Shown here piece by piece: positions 27,069 through 35,363 of a DNA stretch of 39,956 nucleotides. Location of the stretch: assembly GCA_003649515.1 (NCBI GenBank), contig QMSC01000001.1, forward strand, positions 1 through 39,956, in the 5' to 3' direction. Within the stretch, counting starts at the first letter, position 1. Every line of letters starts with the position of its first letter. Below the pieces are notes generated by a model. The model made no database searches and had not been told where the DNA came from. It saw only the letters and a list, made by a program, of their open reading frames with translations. Origin of the DNA: Thermoprotei archaeon (GTDB lineage: Archaea; Thermoproteota; Thermoprotei; Thermofilales; B20-G17). The position numbers and the translations under genes were made by a program.

Positions 27069-28307
27069 ATGGCCAGACATTCAGGAGAGTTAGCGAGAAA
27101 ATGGAGGGAGGTCAGCAATTCTAAGAAAACGCCTCCAGAGTATGACCAGAATAACAGCTTGTTAACTCTGCCACGGACCATATTAAACGCTTTTACAGGG
27201 CAAAAAGTGGAAGGAGTTAACAAGCAGCTTCTAGAATTAGTACAGGAAGCTTCAAGAGTACTTTTACTTATAGTGGACAGCCTCGGTTTAAATCTAGTAG
27301 TGAAAGGGGGATTATCAAGTCTAATTAAAGACTCCAGTTACTCCACATACCTAACGAGTACTGTTCCTTCAACCACAGCTACAGCTATAGCCTCACTAGC
27401 AACAGGAGAACCGCCACTCTTGCACTTATCGCTAGGTTATAAAATGTACTTGAAGGAAGTGGGTGCCATAATTAAGCCTCTAAAATTCAGCCCAGTAATA
27501 GGGGGACCACACGAAAGTTTAAGAGAAGCCGGTGTATCCATATCTTTAAACCCCTGTAAAACCGTATTCGAAAGACTATCTACTAGCGGCATTAAATGTT
27601 ATTACGTGGGACCACAGAGCATAGGGGATACCACATATACGCGTTCCTTTACAAAGGGGGCTACTTTCATAGAAAGTATAAGCCTAGAAGACACATTAAC
27701 CCTAGCACTTAAGGCGCTAAAGAAGAGCAATGAAACGCTTGTATATGCATATTGGGATAAGCTAGATAAGCTATCACATGAGTATGGGCCGTTTTCGAAG
27801 CCTGTCGAGTACTTACTTACAGGATTTGAAAAAGTTCTTACAGAACTCCTAAGAGACTTGAGGCAGGTAAAGAACTCCGTTCTGATCGTAACATCCGATC
27901 ACGGACAGATAAGCCTGAGAGGAGGGAAAAGGATCTTCCTCACTGAAGTACTTGGCTTCTTAGAAAACCTATACATGCCACCCTATGGAGAGTCGAGATT
28001 TTTATACCTACATGTTAAGAAGGAGAAAAAGTTTCTGGAGATATTTAAGACCTATTTAGAGCCGTTTGCGGAGTTATACCGGATCAGCGATATATTACAT
28101 TTGTTCGCACCCGAAAAGAAACGTACTCCAGAAAATGTAGAAACATTTTTAGACCATGCAGGCACGCACGCATTAATCCCGCGAGAGAATAACGTCTTAA
28201 TATACCCTTACGCCAAAAGAGACCTCGAATTTGACTTGAAAGGACATCATGGAGGTCTCTCACCACATGAAATGCTAATACCATTGATAATATTCGTGAA
28301 CCAGTAA
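27069..28307 (+). CDS. Alkaline-phosphatase-superfamily phosphoesterase, PglZ-like/type I phosphodiesterase-like
   Basis: LLIVDSLG (metal-ligand Asp), VPSTTATAIASLATG (Thr nucleophile region), TSDHGQ, and C-terminal HHGGLSPHEMLIPLI resembling the PglZ-type HGGxSxxExxxP motif. Confidence 0.6.
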   Translation: MARHSGELARKWREVSNSKKTPPEYDQNNSLLTLPRTILNAFTGQKVEGVNKQLLELVQEASRVLLLIVDSLGLNLVVKGGLSSLIKDSSYSTYLTSTVPSTTATAIASLATGEPPLLHLSLGYKMYLKEVGAIIKPLKFSPVIGGPHESLREAGVSISLNPCKTVFERLSTSGIKCYYVGPQSIGDTTYTRSFTKGATFIESISLEDTLTLALKALKKSNETLVYAYWDKLDKLSHEYGPFSKPVEYLLTGFEKVLTELLRDLRQVKNSVLIVTSDHGQISLRGGKRIFLTEVLGFLENLYMPPYGESRFLYLHVKKEKKFLEIFKTYLEPFAELYRISDILHLFAPEKKRTPENVETFLDHAGTHALIPRENNVLIYPYAKRDLEFDLKGHHGGLSPHEMLIPLIIFVNQ

Positions 28308-28389
28308 CTATCGGTAGCCTCATATGTAATAACCAAAAAAATATAAGCAACCCCACTATCTAACATATCTACGGAGCCAACCCCTATAA

Positions 28390-28493
28390 AGCGGGGTGGG
28401 GAAGCCAGGTATCCCAAGAGACTCCGCAAGGGGGTCTCTGGTAAGGCCGGGCTCATAACCCGGAGGTCGGTGGTTCAAATCCACCCCCCGCTA
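28390..28493 (+). tRNA. Initiator tRNA-Met (CAU) precursor, 104 nt, with a 30-nt non-canonical intron between the D-arm and anticodon stem
   Basis: A1:U72 acceptor AGCGGGG/CCCCGCT and anticodon arm CCGGG-CTCATAA-CCCGG with three consecutive G:C pairs, both archaeal initiator hallmarks. T-arm GGTGG-TTCAAAT-CCACC. The insert at 28417-28446 (AGAGACTCCGCAAGGGGGTCTCTGGTAAGG) forms its own hairpin, AGAGAC/GTCTCT. Confidence 0.8.
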
Positions 28494-28656
28494 TATACAA
28501 TTTAGCCGGGTCTTATGCCCGGTGTTCTTCTCACTTTTACTCGGAAAAAGCTGTAGAAGATCACCTTGTCCACATGAACGTTATCTTTGAACCTTCTAGA
28601 GATAAGTATCCAGGTTTGCTTAAATAGTGGTGAAAGCATTTAAGGCGAGGAGGAGC

Positions 28657-29181
28657 ATGAGCAAAATGCATGAACATGAGACTCATACGGTGAAACCCGT
28701 CCTTTTCGGCATCATAATAACGAGTGATAAAGTTTTTGAAGGCAAAAGAATAGATACGTTAACCTCCCTAATTGAGGGAAAAATACTTGAAAAGGGCCAT
28801 AAGGTTATCTACAAAACTATAGTTCCCAATAACGAGAGCCTCCTGATGAAAGCCCTGAAAAAAGCTTGTAGAAAAGGATGTCACACAGTACTCATAACTG
28901 GGGGGACTGGACTAAGCCCTCGAGATATAAGTGTAGATACGTTAGAAAAAGTAGCTTATCGAAGAATACCAGGATTCGGAGAATTATTCCGATACTTAAC
29001 GTTTCTGAAGCATGGTAGCTTAGCGTGGCTTTCAAGAGCCTCAGCGTACGTAGTCAGCATCAACAATAAGACCTGTTTAGTCTTTGTAATGCCAGGAAGT
29101 ATAGACGCAGTACAATTAGCACTAGATCAGGTGATACTTCCTGAAATAAGTCATGCTGTAGGGGAGCTTTTAAGGAAATAG
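28657..29181 (+). CDS. moaB: Molybdenum cofactor biosynthesis protein B (MoaB/MogA family)
   Basis: FGIIITSDK ... VLITGGTGLSPRDISVDTLE ... IPGFGELFR. The ORF track starts at GTG 28627; ATG 28657 or 28666 is more plausible. Confidence 0.82.
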   Translation: MSKMHEHETHTVKPVLFGIIITSDKVFEGKRIDTLTSLIEGKILEKGHKVIYKTIVPNNESLLMKALKKACRKGCHTVLITGGTGLSPRDISVDTLEKVAYRRIPGFGELFRYLTFLKHGSLAWLSRASAYVVSINNKTCLVFVMPGSIDAVQLALDQVILPEISHAVGELLRK

Positions 29182-29188
29182 AGAGTAA

Positions 29189-29261
29189 TAGCCCCGGCGG
29201 GATTCGAACCCGCGTCGGCGGGGCCAAAGCCCGCCATGCTTGACCGCTACACCACGGGGCT
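29189..29261 (-). tRNA. tRNA-Gln (anticodon UUG), no intron
   Basis: AGCCCCG-TG-GTGT-AGCGGTCA-AGCAT-G-GCGGG-CTTTGGC-CCCGC-CGAC-GCGGG-TTCGAAT-CCCGC-CGGGGCT-A. A1:U72 is typical of archaeal tRNA-Gln. Confidence 0.88.
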
Positions 29262-29323
29262 TTCGTAGCATTATATGGTTATAGGGGGATATATTCTTGA
29301 CGCTACTAACGTTCATCGACCTA

Positions 29324-30121
29324 CTAATCTTGAGCATACAATATTTGAAGAATTTTCTGATACGCTTCCTCATCTCTCCGTTTCTTGTACCGTTTTAACG
29401 CTTGTTGCAATAGCGATAACTTACTCTCCTCTAGATTAAAGACTTCTCTAATCCTTTTCTGAAGAAAACCCTTTCCAAAGAAAAGAAATGAGATAACTTG
29501 CGTCACATTGGTCTTAGACGAGCGCACGCTAACCGTTTCGAAATCTATTATGTAAGGCTTATAGTCTCCCTTCCTTATTATCACATGTCCCTTTGGTCTA
29601 GACAGCTCTAAATGTACAAGACCTATTTCATCCAGTTTTCTACATTGTGCTATAACCTCCTTAACTACCTTCTTAATTATCTCACGTTCCTCCTTTACCA
29701 GTTGTATTATTGGATACCCTTCTACATACTCCATTACTAGTAGGTCGTTCGTATAGCCCATTAGTTTAGGTCCTACGCCGACCTTGTTCGCCATCTTTAG
29801 TTTTTCAGCTTCATCTCTAAGAGACCTCCTATCGGCATCTACTCGCCTTATTTTTAACGCTACCTTTCCACCATCCTTTAAAACTCCCAAGATCACTATG
29901 CTTGTACAGCCTTTTCCCAGAACCCCGTATCTACCGATATAGGTCCTGCCCTTTAGCACTAACTTCTCCACGCCCAAGGCCTTTAACTCACTTAGGTTCT
30001 TTAGCGCTCTCTGTAGATCCCCCGTGGGGTAGGCAAGAATTTGACTGAGATCCCTTAACACTTCCCCAATGTCATTTAAGTCAATTACCAACATGCTTCT
30101 CCTCATTAACGACCTCCTCAC
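29324..30121 (-). CDS. Putative RIO-like serine/threonine protein kinase (COG2112-type)
   Basis: GKGCTSIVILG ... VALKIRR (Gly loop and catalytic Lys), LVMEYVEG, HLELSRPKGHVII, IIDFE. Possible starts at 30121, 30106 and 30094 all overlap the end of cca. Confidence 0.55.
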   Translation of the reverse strand: MRRSLMRRSMLVIDLNDIGEVLRDLSQILAYPTGDLQRALKNLSELKALGVEKLVLKGRTYIGRYGVLGKGCTSIVILGVLKDGGKVALKIRRVDADRRSLRDEAEKLKMANKVGVGPKLMGYTNDLLVMEYVEGYPIIQLVKEEREIIKKVVKEVIAQCRKLDEIGLVHLELSRPKGHVIIRKGDYKPYIIDFETVSVRSSKTNVTQVISFLFFGKGFLQKRIREVFNLEESKLSLLQQALKRYKKRRDEEAYQKILQILYAQD

Positions 30122-31559
30122 ATGCGACCTTAAGCCAAGAATATGTTCCTGAAAGTAGCTGGGAAAGCCTTACGTTGAAGTCGTCTCTCTCATGTCTTCT
30201 AAGGATTTCCTCTACCTCCTCGTTCACATAAACGCGATGTTGCTTTTTAGCGAATATCTCCCGTATATGCGTTCCATGTTTGGCTTCCAGGGAACGTTCA
30301 CTAAGCAGAGTTTTTAGGTCGCTTATCTTACGCCTCTTAAATACTATCCAACTTCCTCCTTCAATGAAGGGTCCTGCGAAGACTTCTTCGGCATTCTCAA
30401 TAAGATACTTTCTGAGAAAACTTTCTTCACGCTCTCCTGCCCCTATGGGGGGTCCCACGTGTTTTTCAACCACAGGTAACTTATCACTATGCACTTCATA
30501 GAAGAAGAGAACTACGCTCTTCTCATCACTCCATGCTAACTGCGAGAGAACAGAGAACTCATATTTCTCAAGTAATCTCCTTAACCCTCTCAATGAGCGA
30601 TAAACCTCCCCCCATAAAATATCCGGAGGAAGTTTAGGACAGGGGATCTCTATTACTAGGAAAGTTGATCCTCTCCTCAACCTTAACCTCTCGTAGTCCT
30701 CAGGTTTCAAGAGTTTAGGTGGAGGAGGGAAGAAGAATTCGATGGAAGGGTTTTCTAGAAACATCCTTGCTGCAGCCTTAAACTCGCAAAGCCTTTGGAG
30801 AGAGACAGCAGCTGCCGCGTTCCTAGTCTTATCAACGGGGTCTATTATTACCAGAGGACTGTTACCGAAAACTTTTCTTAATCGACGTAACTCTTGTTGA
30901 GAGTAATAACCCTCGATGTCTATGACAGTTCTCCAGGGTCTCCATTCCATCGCGTTGCGTAAGACGTTTAGAAAAGATCCATAGTGTATTACCAATAGCT
31001 CGCAGAGGTAGCCTGAGAAACCCCCTACCTTAATTTCTGCGCCGTATACTCCTATGCCTTTCATAAATTGCTTCAAAAGCCTCACATCATTCTTCATGTC
31101 CTGTGTAAGCTTACTGATAACATAGCGTGTGTGATACGGAGTGCGGTCGACAGGTGTTAGAACTTCGTGAGGCTCTACGCGATACGCTGGAACTATATCT
31201 ACCTCATAGCCCTCTATTAACCCCTTTATGTAGGGGTGATAGGCGTACGTTTCGTAGTAGCTTCCTCCTACACGTTTTACGGCCTCTCTTGCTATGAGAA
31301 GGCCGTATTTCCTGATAAAATCTTCAGGAAGAGATTTCGGGAAGAGCATGAATATATCGATATCCCTATTACCTGCTAGCCATGTATCCTTTGCAACAGA
31401 TCCCTCTACTTCTACGTCGATTTTTAGCGAATGTTCCTCAGCTACTCCTTTTAGCTTATCACAAAGTCTCGTAATTAGACTCCAAACCTTTTCGTACTCC
31501 TCCCTTCGTGGAGTTACTTTAACTAGAACTTCCTTCAGAACTTCTTCCACGCCCAGCAT
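30081..31559 (-). CDS. cca: CCA-adding enzyme (class I tRNA nucleotidyltransferase)
   Basis: VEGSVAKDTWLAGNRDIDIFMLFP nucleotidyltransferase motif, RTPYHTRYV and GAEIKVGGFSGYLCELL. Confidence 0.9.
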   Translation of the reverse strand: MLGVEEVLKEVLVKVTPRREEYEKVWSLITRLCDKLKGVAEEHSLKIDVEVEGSVAKDTWLAGNRDIDIFMLFPKSLPEDFIRKYGLLIAREAVKRVGGSYYETYAYHPYIKGLIEGYEVDIVPAYRVEPHEVLTPVDRTPYHTRYVISKLTQDMKNDVRLLKQFMKGIGVYGAEIKVGGFSGYLCELLVIHYGSFLNVLRNAMEWRPWRTVIDIEGYYSQQELRRLRKVFGNSPLVIIDPVDKTRNAAAAVSLQRLCEFKAAARMFLENPSIEFFFPPPPKLLKPEDYERLRLRRGSTFLVIEIPCPKLPPDILWGEVYRSLRGLRRLLEKYEFSVLSQLAWSDEKSVVLFFYEVHSDKLPVVEKHVGPPIGAGEREESFLRKYLIENAEEVFAGPFIEGGSWIVFKRRKISDLKTLLSERSLEAKHGTHIREIFAKKQHRVYVNEEVEEILRRHERDDFNVRLSQLLSGTYSWLKVACEEVVNEEKHVGN

Positions 31560-31618
31560 GATCTCCTTATCCTCCCACTATAGTGAAAAGATTACCGTTC
31601 TTCCTTGAAATCGCTACC

Positions 31619-32182
31619 TCACTTCCCTAGCATCTTCTCGTACAAGGTCTCATATATAGGCCCTCTAGACGTTAGAATACTCTTTTTGAGCCTTATGCTT
31701 TCAACCCTCATACTTCCAAAAACTAGAGAGGTATGTGTCATAATGTATCTTGGAAGTTGCCCCCTATTCTTAGACTTTACCCTTGCTACAGTTACGTGAG
31801 GAGAGAAGCCTCGAGGATCAGGCCTAAAGCCTAACTTGCGCAATTTAGCCATGATCATCTCGTATACTTCACGTAGCTCTTTAGCTCCTCGTGAGACCCC
31901 TATCCATACTACTCGCGGATTTCCCGGAGAGGGGAAAGCCCCTAAACCTTCTAGCATTATTGTGAAAGGCTCGTAAACCACGCTTCTTAAGACCTTTTTT
32001 ACCTCCTCTACTAGGCTTAAGGATATTTCTCCAAGAAAGTATAGTGTTATGTGAATATTCTCTCGCTCAACGGGCTTCAGTGTTGCCCCTAAGGACATTA
32101 GATCCCTTTGCAAGCTCTCTATCTTATCAAGTATTGAGGGCTCAAGTATATCCACTGCTATGAAACTTCTAACCCTCTCCAT
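31619..32182 (-). CDS. thpR: RNA 2',3'-cyclic phosphodiesterase (ThpR/LigT, 2H phosphoesterase)
   Basis: Two HxT motifs (HITLYFLGE and HVTVARV) and an N-terminal RSFIAVDI. ATG 32182 is preferred; ATG 32209 is the alternative. Confidence 0.82.
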   Translation of the reverse strand: MERVRSFIAVDILEPSILDKIESLQRDLMSLGATLKPVERENIHITLYFLGEISLSLVEEVKKVLRSVVYEPFTIMLEGLGAFPSPGNPRVVWIGVSRGAKELREVYEMIMAKLRKLGFRPDPRGFSPHVTVARVKSKNRGQLPRYIMTHTSLVFGSMRVESIRLKKSILTSRGPIYETLYEKMLGK

Positions 32183-32555
32183 TGTACATCTCCTCTGCTT
32201 TTTTCTCAAGCCATCTTAATAATTTAATACACCTTTCAGGGTTTACAGATCCCCCTTCACCACATATATCTAAGTACTGACATGAGAAGCAAGGAACCTC
32301 TCTAAGCTCAGCAGGTATCCTCACGCCCTCTTTGACTCTTTTAGGAACCCTAAGAATGTACGTTGCTTTACCCTTATACATTATTCTTTCGCGCTCAACA
32401 AGACCCATTTTTTCTAGCCTAGCTACAATCCTAGCACCGCTTCTGCTATCTACGCCTATTATATCCCAGAGCTCCCTCTGCACAACGCCCTCGTCGCCAG
32501 CCTCCTCGAGAACTCTTAGTATCTTACGCTCAATGATGTCACTAATTTCGCTCAC
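32169..32555 (-). CDS. tfeB: TFE-beta-like transcription factor (wHTH plus RPC34-type 4-Cys Fe-S domain)
   Basis: N-terminal wHTH (ILRVLEEAGDEGVVQRELWDIIGVDSRSGARIVARLEKMGLVER). C-terminal PCFSCQYLDICGEGGSVNPERCIKLLRWL has C-x2-C-x5-C-x10-C followed by WL, as in the RPC34/TFE-beta cubane domain. Confidence 0.6.
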   Translation of the reverse strand: MSEISDIIERKILRVLEEAGDEGVVQRELWDIIGVDSRSGARIVARLEKMGLVERERIMYKGKATYILRVPKRVKEGVRIPAELREVPCFSCQYLDICGEGGSVNPERCIKLLRWLEKKAEEMYNGEG

Positions 32556-32902
32556 TGGCCGCGCCTCCTCAGGACCTGAAGTCTCGTCAAGCTAAATTCA
32601 TAATAATAAGGGCTTAGAGAACTTTTAAGTTTTACATAGGTCTAGTCCACTGCCACTCGTTTTTGTTCTTTTGCATTTTTCATCATATATATTTTAAATA
32701 TTCTCGTAATTAGGAACCAGAATTTTAGCAAATATTGGAGGAAGAACTCTAAATGGATTTTGAGTTCCGAAGATGTTGAAAAGCAGGATGGCTAGCTCCC
32801 ATAATTGGCATAAAGCCGTGAAGAGTATGTTAGTAATTAAAAAGAGAAAGGGAGCTTCATTGAATAATAAAAATAAAAGTTCTTAATATCTTTTCACTTG
32901 TA

Positions 32903-33859
32903 CTACACTCTCACAATAAGATTTAACCCTTGAAGAAGCTCCTTAAATCTGTTCCTTATGGTTACTTCTGTAACACTTACTATGGATGCTATTTCTCTCT
33001 GAGTTCTGCGTTCTCCATGAAGGAGCGTAGCCAGGTAGACTGCTGCAGCAGCCAGACCTTCAGGCATTCTACCGCTTGTGAGACCAAGAGCACGAGCCTT
33101 CTCAAGTATTTCAACTGCTGTTTGCTGAACTCTCATAGAGAGATCTAAACGAGATACTATTCTAGGAATAAAGTCAACGGCCCTGGAGGGTGGAGCTTTC
33201 CGTACAAGTCCCTCTCCAACTAAAAGCCTGAAACTCCTGGCAATTTCCTTTCTATCTGATTTAGAAACCTTAGAGACCTCATCGAGACTCCTCGGAATGA
33301 TATTAGTTTTACACGCAGCATAAATGCATGCAGCAGCCATACTCTCAACAGATCTACCTTTGATTAGCTTCATTCTTGCAGCTTTACGATAAAGCATTGC
33401 TGCCTCTTCCCTCACAGCCTTTGGCAAACCTAGTTGTGAACCTATGCGTTCTATTTCTCCTAAAGCTATTCTGAGATTCTTCTCATTGCCATCCCCTGTA
33501 TTAAACATCTTATTCGTTCTCCTAAGTCTCAGCGCCTGAATTCTTTTACTAAAGTTTAGATCATTACCGCTTCCGTCCTTGTTTCTCCAGTCTATTGTAG
33601 TTGAGAGACCTTGGTCAGGTCTGAGCGGGGAGAGAGGAGCGCCTACTCGAGTTCTCTTTGCCCTTTGCTCAGGAGTAAAGCTTCTCCATTCAGGCCCCTC
33701 GTCGATTATATAACCTATTACATTGCCGCATTCGATGCAAACGTGCTCCCCACAAGAGGGATCGAAAATTACCTTTTCACTTCCACAGTAGGGACATCTC
33801 TCCTGGTCCTCGTAAAGGTCTTTCCTTTCCATAGCTACATGTTCCTCCAAAGCCTTCAC
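32903..33859 (-). CDS. tfb: Transcription initiation factor TFB (TFIIB homolog)
   Basis: Zinc ribbon CPYCGS ... CIECGNV, B-reader/linker, and two cyclin repeats. GTG 33859 overlaps the gar1 stop (GTGA). An internal ATG 27 nt downstream is an alternative start. Confidence 0.93.
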   Translation of the reverse strand: MKALEEHVAMERKDLYEDQERCPYCGSEKVIFDPSCGEHVCIECGNVIGYIIDEGPEWRSFTPEQRAKRTRVGAPLSPLRPDQGLSTTIDWRNKDGSGNDLNFSKRIQALRLRRTNKMFNTGDGNEKNLRIALGEIERIGSQLGLPKAVREEAAMLYRKAARMKLIKGRSVESMAAACIYAACKTNIIPRSLDEVSKVSKSDRKEIARSFRLLVGEGLVRKAPPSRAVDFIPRIVSRLDLSMRVQQTAVEILEKARALGLTSGRMPEGLAAAAVYLATLLHGERRTQREIASIVSVTEVTIRNRFKELLQGLNLIVRV

Positions 33860-34134
33860 CTACTACCTCTCCTTCTTCTCCCCCTCCCCTTCCTCTCGCG
33901 AACTGTTATGTAGAGAACCTTTCCTACCAAGGACTCAGGGGATACGCTATCCTCTATTTCTACCGATACGTAGGGGGATACAGTGGGTCCAAGAACATCA
34001 TAGACTCTTCCTACACGCCTTAACTTTTCATCAAAAACATCATCGAAAAGATGAGGCATGTTTTCAACTTTAACTAATAGCCTCCCCGTCTTCGTGACGT
34101 GTAGTACCTTCCCTAGTCTTCTAATAGCACCCAT
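33856..34134 (-). CDS. gar1: H/ACA ribonucleoprotein complex subunit Gar1
   Basis: RLGKVLHVTKTGRLLVKV ... RVGRVYDVLGPTVSPYVSV barrel motif with a basic RGRRRR tail. The Gar1-TFB adjacency is conserved in archaea. Confidence 0.8.
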   Translation of the reverse strand: MGAIRRLGKVLHVTKTGRLLVKVENMPHLFDDVFDEKLRRVGRVYDVLGPTVSPYVSVEIEDSVSPESLVGKVLYITVRERKGRGRRRRGSR

Positions 34135-34268
34135 TACATCACCTTTTCTCGACTAAAATCAGGGCAGGGAGGGGGCCCCGACTTAAAAATCGCTGAGTGC
34201 TCATAGAGAGAGCTCACTGAAAATATTCTACATCACCGTATAATATGGTTTTTGGTATTTTAACGGCT

Positions 34269-35153
34269 CTAAACAGCCGTCGCGAAGCTGATGATGCCTG
34301 AAATCATGCCGATCAGCGTTATCCTCCTGACTTTTTCAGCAATACGTTGAGGTTCATTCGAAATGAGAAGGTAGACAGAATATGCAAAAATAATGTCTGT
34401 AAGGAGTATTAGGGGATAAAAAAGCCAGGAGAAAGGCTCTCTAGGATTAGCGATGACTAGAAGAACGCTAGTTAGAACAACTGCAACCAGGTAAAAGAGA
34501 GACGCTACTTTACTTGCAAGACTTTCTCCATAAAGCGTGGCAAAAGTCCTTATATTGACTTTTAAATCTCCTCTCATATCACAGATACCTTTGGTAACTT
34601 CTCGACCAAAGGCCGCAAGGAATGCTATGAAGAAGAAAAGCCAGATCTTTGTACAGGGTACAGTATACGGAATGAGCAGTGCTCCGTAAATGAATGGGAG
34701 GGCTGTGAGAGAGGAGACTATCAAGTTATTCAATATAAACACCTTCTTAAGTCCTACATCATAGAGAATACCTAGTGTAAGTGCTACCAATATCACTAAC
34801 GCCTGTGTCCACGCCATCCATTTAATGGCCAGTAAGAAGGATAGTAAGAGAGCTAGAAGCGAGGACATAACTCCAGCGACAAAAGCCTCTCTAAGCGAAA
34901 GCAAGCCTATTACTAGCGGTCTATAAGGAGCATTTATCCTATCTTCTTCAATGTTAAAATAATCATTGAAGATAAAGGTAGCCACCTCTACGAAAAATCC
35001 TGAAAGTCCTCCCATGATTATTATTGGAAAGCTGATAGCGAACCTCTCGAAATCCCCGTTTAAGGAAACCCATGCAGCAACTAGTATTGCTAGTAAAACC
35101 ATAATACCATGGTCTATGCGTGCAAGCTTAAGCAGAGCTTTAATTCTCTTCAT
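34269..35153 (-). CDS. UbiA-family prenyltransferase, probably digeranylgeranylglyceryl phosphate synthase
   Basis: Polytopic, with NDYFNIEEDRINAPYRPL (first Asp-rich motif) and a second motif around GICDMRGD. Confidence 0.7.
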   Translation of the reverse strand: MKRIKALLKLARIDHGIMVLLAILVAAWVSLNGDFERFAISFPIIIMGGLSGFFVEVATFIFNDYFNIEEDRINAPYRPLVIGLLSLREAFVAGVMSSLLALLLSFLLAIKWMAWTQALVILVALTLGILYDVGLKKVFILNNLIVSSLTALPFIYGALLIPYTVPCTKIWLFFFIAFLAAFGREVTKGICDMRGDLKVNIRTFATLYGESLASKVASLFYLVAVVLTSVLLVIANPREPFSWLFYPLILLTDIIFAYSVYLLISNEPQRIAEKVRRITLIGMISGIISFATAV

Positions 35154-35304
35154 ACTTACCTATTTAGCCTAACAACACATTTTTAATCCTTTACCACTCC
35201 TCCTCTATTGAAGCTCGATTTGGAGGAGTAAAGCTAGATAGAGCTCAAGTAATTGGTGGAATTCCGCGATCACTACCCATCTCAAGAGGAAAACTCGGAT
35301 AATC

Positions 35305-35314
35305 TTAATAAATA
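35305..35314 (+). promoter_or_regulatory. TATA-like box (TTAATAAATA) upstream of the uL22-led block
   Basis: AT-rich box about 50 nt upstream of the uL22 ATG at 35364, with GGAGGAG at 35345-35351 in between. A promoter is needed here because uS19 no longer precedes uL22. Confidence 0.35.
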
Positions 35315-35363
35315 TGTGAAGTGAGAGATTAGGGGAGCTTGAAAGGAGGAGCGGGGTAGTCTA

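Noticed and set aside
27069-28307. PglZ-like protein as evidence for a BREX/Pgl defence system
   Set aside because: No methyltransferase, BrxC-type ATPase, BrxL/Lon or other partner genes are nearby. A stand-alone AP-superfamily enzyme is more parsimonious.
28247-28456. 69-aa minus-strand ORF overlapping tRNAi-Met, and a 67-aa minus-strand ORF (29170-29373) overlapping tRNA-Gln
   Set aside because: Each covers a well-folded tRNA gene, and their translations are dominated by the GC-rich tRNA sequence. They are spurious.
22742-29261. Possibility that the accessory-like stretch bounded by tRNA genes (tRNA-Lys at 21.2 kb, tRNAi-Met at 28.4 kb, tRNA-Gln at 29.2 kb) is an integrated mobile element
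   Set aside because: I could find no integrase, transposase or viral/plasmid gene, and no duplicated tRNA 3' fragment (att repeat). eL34-cmk housekeeping genes lie inside the interval.
32533-32579. Plus-strand ATGATGT ... CTGA pair that looks like C and D boxes
   Set aside because: There are no acceptable C'/D' boxes, the spacing is wrong, and it lies antisense within the 5' end of the TFE-beta-like CDS.
32640-32700. Possible C/D box sRNA on the minus strand, starting at the ATGATGA heptamer (plus-strand TCATCAT at about 32690)
   Set aside because: There is no CUGA D box or D'-like box at the required 12-nt spacing, and no C' box. It is probably chance in AT-rich DNA.
33856-33859. 4-nt GTGA overlap coupling gar1 and tfb
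   Set aside because: The Gar1-TFB adjacency is a well-known conserved archaeal arrangement. It is real but not novel.
34150-34245. Possible C/D box sRNA on the minus strand: GTGATGT, 12 nt, GTGA, then ATGAGCA
   Set aside because: The C and C' boxes are degenerate, and no CUGA lies 12 nt after C'; the nearest is 35 nt away. The architecture fails.
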